From Bacilli bacterium (GTDB lineage: Bacteria > Bacillota_I > Bacilli_A > ML615J-28 > CAG-698), in assembly GCA_918272565.1 (NCBI GenBank), contig CAKJYW010000002.1, positions 44,266 through 108,265 of the forward strand: a DNA stretch of 64,000 nt, in the 5' to 3' direction. Under the pieces are notes generated by a model, which did not search any database, was not told the origin of the DNA, and worked only from the letters and a program-made list of their open reading frames with translations. Numbering within the stretch: the first letter of the stretch is position 1; every line of letters starts with the position of its first letter. The position numbers and the translations under genes were made by a program. This document shows positions 58,206 to 64,000 of this stretch, piece by piece.

Positions 58206-60458
58206 TTATGCATATAATTCTAAGAACTTCAAGTAAATATCATTATAAGCAGCATCAATTGCTTCAATAAAGTCAGTGTTGTTTTTAACAACAGATGAGA
58301 TTGTTGTTGCTGGAGCGCCACTATAGTTAAGGGCGATACCATTGAAGATTGGGTCAAACAAAGTCTTTTCAGCTGTATAGAACATACAAGCAGTTACAGA
58401 CTCAGGATCATCAAACTTAGCTGATAATACTTGGCTCTTAATACCTTCTGCATCAAATGAAGCATCTTGTTGTTGATACTTAATTGTATTTAAGAACATT
58501 TCTTGCATTACTCTAAATACATCTTCATAAGTCATTCCAGCTTTATGATTATATGTTCTTTGAGCAGCCATCATGTAGCATGACTCACCAACAGCATTTA
58601 CATAGCTTCTTTCTTTACCAACTGATGCAGCATATGGGAATGGAACATATCCGTATCTTGTATCTTCACCCCACATGTCTGTTGGGAATCTATTAGATGC
58701 TTTTACAAACCATAATTCACCATCTTGACATAAAGCTGTTCCACCTTGGAAGGAAGCAACACCTTGGTCATATCCATAAACTGGGTCAAATGCACCAGCT
58801 AGTTGAGTACTTTTAAGTACATCAATTGCTTCAACTGAGTATTTATGAGTGAAGTTAAGTTCCATTGTTGTTGTGTTTGCAATTCTAACACCACTAGCTG
58901 AAACCATACCTTGCCAATAGTCTTGAGGAGCACCACTTAATACATAATATCCTTGAGGAAGCAATGCTTGAGCTGAAAGTACCCAGTCAAGGAAATCATC
59001 ATAGCTCCAACGACCTTCATTGAACATCTTTGCAGGTGATTCAATCTTATATTTTTCAAGCATACCTACATTATAGAAGATTCCATAATATGGATAGATT
59101 GTAGTTTGATTGATACCTGTAGAAACGATATATAAATCGTTTTTGTATGAAGCTGATTGACGAACAGCTGGTTCAATTTGGTTCTTACCAAACTTAGCAA
59201 AATATGTTGTAGTTGCTTGCATTGCATTTGCTGCATAGAATTGAGGGAACCAAGTTGATGTAACAATGTAGAAGTCAGCTAAAGCTTTACCATTTTCAGC
59301 TTGTGAGTTAATCCAAGAAACTCTACTTGGACCCCAAGGAGCATCATCAGGATAAGCTACAACAGAGATATTACAGTTGTATTTAGACTTAACTTCTTCC
59401 CATGCTCTTTGTTTATACATTTTATCAGTAGCAGTATAGTCTTCAAGGAATGGATCAATGCTACTTAAAGCACTATCTGCTTGCATAATTACGATTTCAT
59501 ATCCACCTAAGTCATTAACAGGAATTAATGAAGATTGGTCAATATTAACTTTTACTTTGTAACGACTACTCTTGACAGTTTCATCAGCTACAGAATAAGC
59601 GATAATATAAGTAGTACCTTCGCTTACTCCAGTTACAATACCTTTTTCATCGATTGTAGCAATTTCTGGTTTAGTTGATTCCCATCTAATTGTATTATCA
59701 GCTCCATCAGGTAAAACTGTTGCTGAAAGTCTAATAGAATAACCAACTTCAACTTCTTCTTCACCATTTAATGTTATTGATTCAGGTTTAATAACAACAA
59801 CTTCTTGAGTTGGAATAACTTTGATAACGATTGTTGCTTTAATATTAGCATCGATTGTTGAAGTAGCAGTAATTGTTACTTCACCTTCTTTAATACCTTT
59901 AACAATTCCGTTATTAACAGTTGCGATTGCCTCATCACTACTAGTCCAAGTTAAGCCTTTTGTAGCATTTGTTGGAGTATATGTAACTTGCAAGTTAAGC
60001 ATCTTACTAACTTGAACCTCAGCTCCACCACCAATTTCAAGTTCAGTTGGAGGAATAATTTCAGGTTCAGGTGGAGTATCCTCTTGACCTGCTTTTACAG
60101 TAACAGTAAATTCTTTCTTAACAGCTTTATCAGCATCTGCTGTAACAGTGATTGTAGCAGTACCAGCACTAACACCAGTTACTTTTCCATCTTTAACACT
60201 AGCAACACTACTGTTACTAGATGAATAACGTACCTTTTTGTTTGAAGCATTGTCTGGTAAAACTTTTACAGTAATAGTAAAATCTTCACCAATTTCAATT
60301 TCTTCTTTTTGTCCACTAATTTCAATACTAGTAGGCTTAACATCTTCTACTGCTGGAGTTGGTCCAGGTGTTGGTTCTGGTTCTTCTTCCTTACCACCAC
60401 ATCCAATTAGTACTAGAGCTAATACCATAACTAGAATAAAAGAAAACCACTTTTTCAT
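58206..60458 (-). CDS. Paralogous surface lipoprotein 4 (Big_2 x3 + SBP_bac_1-like), distal gene of an amino-sugar utilisation operon
   Basis: MKKWFSFILVMVLALVLIGCGG; same architecture as paralogs 1-3; lies immediately downstream of GNAT-nagB-GH3-permease on the same strand. Confidence 0.55.
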   Translation of the reverse strand: MKKWFSFILVMVLALVLIGCGGKEEEPEPTPGPTPAVEDVKPTSIEISGQKEEIEIGEDFTITVKVLPDNASNKKVRYSSSNSSVASVKDGKVTGVSAGTATITVTADADKAVKKEFTVTVKAGQEDTPPEPEIIPPTELEIGGGAEVQVSKMLNLQVTYTPTNATKGLTWTSSDEAIATVNNGIVKGIKEGEVTITATSTIDANIKATIVIKVIPTQEVVVIKPESITLNGEEEVEVGYSIRLSATVLPDGADNTIRWESTKPEIATIDEKGIVTGVSEGTTYIIAYSVADETVKSSRYKVKVNIDQSSLIPVNDLGGYEIVIMQADSALSSIDPFLEDYTATDKMYKQRAWEEVKSKYNCNISVVAYPDDAPWGPSRVSWINSQAENGKALADFYIVTSTWFPQFYAANAMQATTTYFAKFGKNQIEPAVRQSASYKNDLYIVSTGINQTTIYPYYGIFYNVGMLEKYKIESPAKMFNEGRWSYDDFLDWVLSAQALLPQGYYVLSGAPQDYWQGMVSASGVRIANTTTMELNFTHKYSVEAIDVLKSTQLAGAFDPVYGYDQGVASFQGGTALCQDGELWFVKASNRFPTDMWGEDTRYGYVPFPYAASVGKERSYVNAVGESCYMMAAQRTYNHKAGMTYEDVFRVMQEMFLNTIKYQQQDASFDAEGIKSQVLSAKFDDPESVTACMFYTAEKTLFDPIFNGIALNYSGAPATTISSVVKNNTDFIEAIDAAYNDIYLKFLELYA

Positions 60459-60518
60459 AAAAATCTCCTTTTCTTATTCTTACAATATTATTCTATCATT
60501 TTTAGATAAGTAAATCCA

Positions 60519-61472
60519 CTATTCAGTTAGTTTAATCTTATATTTGTTATAACATTTCCAAACTTCATAATTAAATGTTTGGTAATATTCCATTAAACCA
60601 GTCCAATCGATGAACAAATTATCATGTCCTTCTAAATGTAGGCTATAGAAAGCATTATTAAAGATTTCTCTAGAAACACCTTGTCCCCTATAATCCCTAT
60701 CTACTCCCAGTGGACCAATTCCAATTAAATCATCAAACCTATCACTCCAAGTGATATTATATGAATAATTATCCTTACTTGGTGTATTAATTTTTAAAAA
60801 TCCAATTACTTTATCTTTATCTAAGGCAAGAAAATAACACCTTAAGTCTTTATTAATACTTAAGTACTCTTCAAGTTCAAAGTTCCATCTACCAGGGAAG
60901 TTCTTAACCATAAAAGCGCGAAGTGATGGAATGTCACTATCCTTCATATAGCGGTAGACATAATTAGTTTTATTCTTCACTTCATTACTAAATGGCTTAA
61001 TCATAAGTAAATCATGAGTAATTCCCAAAAAACTAAAGCCACGTTTTTCTAAAAAATTAGTTGTTAAGTTATCAAAATCACTAGGAACTCCAGGGAAGAA
61101 ATTACCTAAATCTTGTCCCATCCAAACTTCTTCTTTTCCTAATTTTTTAAATTCTTCTAACGCTTTGTCTAAAAGCATAGAACCTATACCATTTTTTCTA
61201 CTCTTCCTTTTAACAAAGAATAAGCTAATCCAACCTCTAGTTTTATATGCACTTATTAACTCACCATCATATATTTTAGAAATAATGAATCCTACTAATT
61301 CATTATCTAAAAATGCGCCAAAAGACGCATTTTTATAAAGATATGGCGAGTTAGTAACATGATGATTAAATAAACCTTCGTTTATTGGATACATGAAACC
61401 TAGTTCACTGTTCCAAAGTTCTCTACATTTATCATAATCACTAAAACTGTTAAAACTCTTTATTTCAATCAT
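60519..61472 (-). CDS. GNAT-family N-acetyltransferase (tandem acetyltransferase folds)
   Basis: RKSRKNGIGSMLLDKALEEFKKLG and DYRGQGVSREIFNNAF acetyl-CoA-binding-like motifs; 317 aa. Confidence 0.55.
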   Translation of the reverse strand: MIEIKSFNSFSDYDKCRELWNSELGFMYPINEGLFNHHVTNSPYLYKNASFGAFLDNELVGFIISKIYDGELISAYKTRGWISLFFVKRKSRKNGIGSMLLDKALEEFKKLGKEEVWMGQDLGNFFPGVPSDFDNLTTNFLEKRGFSFLGITHDLLMIKPFSNEVKNKTNYVYRYMKDSDIPSLRAFMVKNFPGRWNFELEEYLSINKDLRCYFLALDKDKVIGFLKINTPSKDNYSYNITWSDRFDDLIGIGPLGVDRDYRGQGVSREIFNNAFYSLHLEGHDNLFIDWTGLMEYYQTFNYEVWKCYNKYKIKLTE

Positions 61473-62194
61473 TTAGCAAGTCCTAATGCTGCTTCATCAA
61501 CAATGATGATAGCATCTTTGTGTCTATTTAGAATTGAAGCTGGACAGTTTTCTGTAACTTCACCGCTTAATAACATCTTAATAGCATCAACCTTATTAGC
61601 GCCACTTGCAATTAGAAGAACCTTCTTTGCTTGCATAATGTTCTTAATACCCATAGTCATTGCATATGTTGGTACTTCATCAATAGAGTTAAAGAATCTC
61701 TTGTTGTCTTGTCTAGTCTTTTCAGTTAGTTTAACAACAAATGTTTCTTGATCAAATGAAGTTCCAGGTTCATTAAATCCAATGTGTCCATTAGCACCAA
61801 TTCCTAATAATTGTAGATCAATTGTAGCTTTATGTAATAAGTCATTATATTCATCACATAATTTTTGAAGGTCACTTCCTTCAGAGTTAGGGATGTGAAC
61901 ATTTTCCTCTTTAATATCAACATGATAGAAAAGATTTCTATGCATAAATGAATAGTAACTTTCTGGATGTGATTTTGGAAGTTGGCAATATTCATCTAAG
62001 TTATAAGTCTTAACATCTTTGAATGATATTTCACCTTTTTCATACATCTTAATTAGGTTTTGATATAAACCAATTGGACTACTTCCAGTAGCTAATCCTA
62101 AAGTACAATCAGGTTTTGCTTTAATTAAGTCAGCAATAATACCTGCTGCAACCTTACTTAATTCTTCATAATTCTTAACTTTAATTACTTGCAT
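61469..62194 (-). CDS. nagB: Glucosamine-6-phosphate deaminase
   Basis: TLGLATGSSPIGLYQNLIKMYEKGEISFKDVKTYNLDEY; 241 aa. Confidence 0.85.
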   Translation of the reverse strand: MQVIKVKNYEELSKVAAGIIADLIKAKPDCTLGLATGSSPIGLYQNLIKMYEKGEISFKDVKTYNLDEYCQLPKSHPESYYSFMHRNLFYHVDIKEENVHIPNSEGSDLQKLCDEYNDLLHKATIDLQLLGIGANGHIGFNEPGTSFDQETFVVKLTEKTRQDNKRFFNSIDEVPTYAMTMGIKNIMQAKKVLLIASGANKVDAIKMLLSGEVTENCPASILNRHKDAIIIVDEAALGLAK

Positions 62195-62209
62195 AATAAT
62201 TCTTCCTTT

Positions 62210-63745
62210 CTATACTAACCTAACAGGTAATTTCCCTTTGAATTCTATTTCTCCCTTTAAAGCACGAGATAATGCTTTAAGGCTATCTTCACCAACCTCA
62301 TATAAACAAATATAGTTTTGTAAACCTTTAAGGTATAGTGAATCATATGGAGAACGCATGCTACAAACAACTGTCTTACTCTTATCTAAACAATCAAACA
62401 CTTTAGTTTGATAATCATCTTTAGTAACATTCATTGTAGCCATTATTATTTTATCATATTTTTTACTAATTGTTTCAATATATTCTAAATTTTCTAATTC
62501 TCTATCGTATTTAATCTCATCAATATCAGTTAGATAAGTTTTCAAAGTTTTATATTCACTAGTTTCATTATCAACTAATGTTAGTAATTTTACTTGAGGG
62601 AATAAAATCAAAGTCTTTTCGTCTTTATTAATTCTAACATCCATGTTATTAAAAGCTAAAGTGACGCTTTCTTCAAATAACTCTTTAGATAAAGCATGAG
62701 CTTTTTCTAAATCGATTTTTGGAGCATCTTTAAGCAAGAATTCGTTCTTAATCTTAATGATTCTACTAACAGCTTTATCAACTGTTTCTATACTAATTTT
62801 ACCTTCTTTAATTAGGCGAAGGAATGTATCATAGATTTCATGTTGCTCTTTTAGCTCAGCTCCACCACAGAACATCAAAACATCGATTCCCGCATTCACA
62901 CTATTAAGTAAGATTTCTTCATATGAGAAATTCTCAGTAATTGCACCCATTGTAAGAGAGTCTGTACAGATAAATCCATCGTACCCCATCTCATCTCTTA
63001 ACAAGTTTTGAATAACTTTCTTAGATAGAGTTGCTGGGTATTTATCATCAACCTTACTATATAATATATGAGCTGCCATAATTCCATCACATTCATTATG
63101 ACTAATAGCTTCCCTAAATGGTAATAATTCTAAAGATCTTAAAGTATCTAAATCTTTAGCAACAGTCGGAAGTGATAGGTGACTATCAACACTAGTATCG
63201 CCATGACCAGGGAAATGCTTTAGTGTTGAAATAATGTTAGCTTTTCTATAGCCTCTTACTGCTTCTCGTACGTATTCTGCTACAACCATAGGATTATCAG
63301 AATAGCTTCTAGAATTAATTACTGGATTAAGTGGATTATTATTAACATCACTAACAGGCGCAAAATTCATGTTAAATCCTAATTCTTTTAACTCACAACC
63401 TTCATAAAAACAAATCTCTTCAATTGATCTAGTTGTAGCACTTAGGGTCATTGCTCCTGGAAGTGGGGTAATGTTTTTCATTACACGCCTAACCATTCCA
63501 CCTTCTTGGTCAACTCCAATAAAGATTGGATATTTAGCGGCTGCTTGAATCTTTTTGTTTAATTCTTTTGTTACTTCTAAATTATCACTATCGATGTTTT
63601 TAGCAAACAAAATGACACCACCAACATTTAAATCTTTAATTTGTTCTTCAAGTTGATCACTATAATTAACACCATGAAAAGCAAACATTAACATTTGCCC
63701 AACTTTTTCTTCTAGTGTTAAATCTTTGATATTCATCTTTTTCAT
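62210..63745 (-). CDS. nagZ: Glycoside hydrolase family 3 beta-N-acetylhexosaminidase (NagZ-like)
   Basis: KHFPGHGDTSVDSH catalytic His-Asp motif and the GH3 N-terminal domain; 511 aa. Confidence 0.75.
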   Translation of the reverse strand: MKKMNIKDLTLEEKVGQMLMFAFHGVNYSDQLEEQIKDLNVGGVILFAKNIDSDNLEVTKELNKKIQAAAKYPIFIGVDQEGGMVRRVMKNITPLPGAMTLSATTRSIEEICFYEGCELKELGFNMNFAPVSDVNNNPLNPVINSRSYSDNPMVVAEYVREAVRGYRKANIISTLKHFPGHGDTSVDSHLSLPTVAKDLDTLRSLELLPFREAISHNECDGIMAAHILYSKVDDKYPATLSKKVIQNLLRDEMGYDGFICTDSLTMGAITENFSYEEILLNSVNAGIDVLMFCGGAELKEQHEIYDTFLRLIKEGKISIETVDKAVSRIIKIKNEFLLKDAPKIDLEKAHALSKELFEESVTLAFNNMDVRINKDEKTLILFPQVKLLTLVDNETSEYKTLKTYLTDIDEIKYDRELENLEYIETISKKYDKIIMATMNVTKDDYQTKVFDCLDKSKTVVCSMRSPYDSLYLKGLQNYICLYEVGEDSLKALSRALKGEIEFKGKLPVRLV

Positions 63746-63862
63746 ATCTTTACCTCTTTATCCTTTATTAGTATACCACTAAAAGCTTGTTTTTTATACC
63801 CTTTTTTAAAGAAAAAAGGATGGTGAAGCTGATATATTATCAGTTTTCCCATCCTTATATAT

Positions 63863-64000
63863 TAACCAACGATACCAGTTCTTTCGATACTTTCTACGAA
63901 CAACTTTTGAACGAAGAAATAACCGATTAGTAAAGGTAACATCATTAATAATGCGGCTGTATTTGCAATGATTGATCTAAATAGTGGGTCTTGAGCGATA
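63863..64000 (-). CDS. Carbohydrate ABC transporter permease, 3' end only (truncated by the window edge)
   Basis: C-terminal translation ...LLMMLPLLIGYFFVQKLFVESIERTGIVG* is typical of MalG-type sugar permease termini. Confidence 0.45.

Noticed and set aside
1-64000. Mycoplasma-type genetic code 4 (TGA read as Trp)
   Set aside because: All large genes are uninterrupted under the standard code and several end in TGA (e.g. dinJ). Standard code with TGA as a stop fits better.
1-64000. tRNA/rRNA genes, CRISPR arrays, transposases or integrases
   Set aside because: No GGTTCGAATCC-type T-arm with acceptor-stem context, no rRNA-like conserved blocks, no spaced direct-repeat arrays, and no DDE/tyrosine-recombinase ORFs were seen. 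A dedicated tRNAscan/Infernal run would still be advisable.

Overview
This is a 64 kb AT-rich (~29% GC) bacterial chromosomal segment that uses the standard genetic code: TGA acts as a stop, since every large ORF is intact under code 11. About 47 of 51 protein genes lie on the minus strand, so the window probably sits on one replichore. Many proteins carry Gram-positive/Mollicutes-type lipobox signal peptides (e.g. MKKWFSFILVLVLAVVLIGCGG) and bacterial Ig-like (Big_2) domains. From this I infer a Mollicutes-related, standard-code organism (Acholeplasma- or Erysipelotrichia-like); this is inference only.

Housekeeping blocks that I recognise with confidence: tsaD-rimI-tsaB-tsaE; pgi; an S1-domain protein; a radical-SAM/SPASM protein with a NifU-like partner; bifunctional ispDF; cdaA (c-di-AMP synthase); hflX; a ribokinase-like PfkB kinase; cyclophilin; the lplA-gcvT-gcvH-gcvPA-gcvPB-lpdA lipoate/glycine-cleavage operon; a class I aminotransferase; a CapD-like NDP-sugar dehydratase; and a NagZ-like GH3 - nagB - GNAT amino-sugar block next to the 3' end of a sugar ABC permease.

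Accessory-looking content: a lipoprotein InhA/M6-like metalloprotease; a TmrB-like kinase; three AAA+ 'archaeal-type' ATPases, each preceded by its own repeat or palindrome array; an LRR+Big_2 surface lipoprotein; a 1421-aa DUF4011/AAA_11/AAA_12-type SF1 helicase-like protein translationally coupled to an ankyrin-repeat protein and fused into the cdaA operon; an Amidase_2-aldo/keto-reductase-FeS fusion; a long GCKR/MurQ-like SIS protein; an ORF6N protein; a dinJ-yafQ toxin-antitoxin pair bracketed by identical palindromes; and a family of four ~750-aa paralogous lipoproteins (signal peptide - 3x Big_2 - SBP_bac_1-like domain). Three of the four are in tandem, they share near-identical nucleotide stretches, and the array is interrupted by a MscS + two-unknown-membrane-protein cassette.

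I could not recognise any rRNA, tRNA, CRISPR array, transposase or integrase.

Coordinates of small motifs may be off by 1-2 nt because they were counted by hand.
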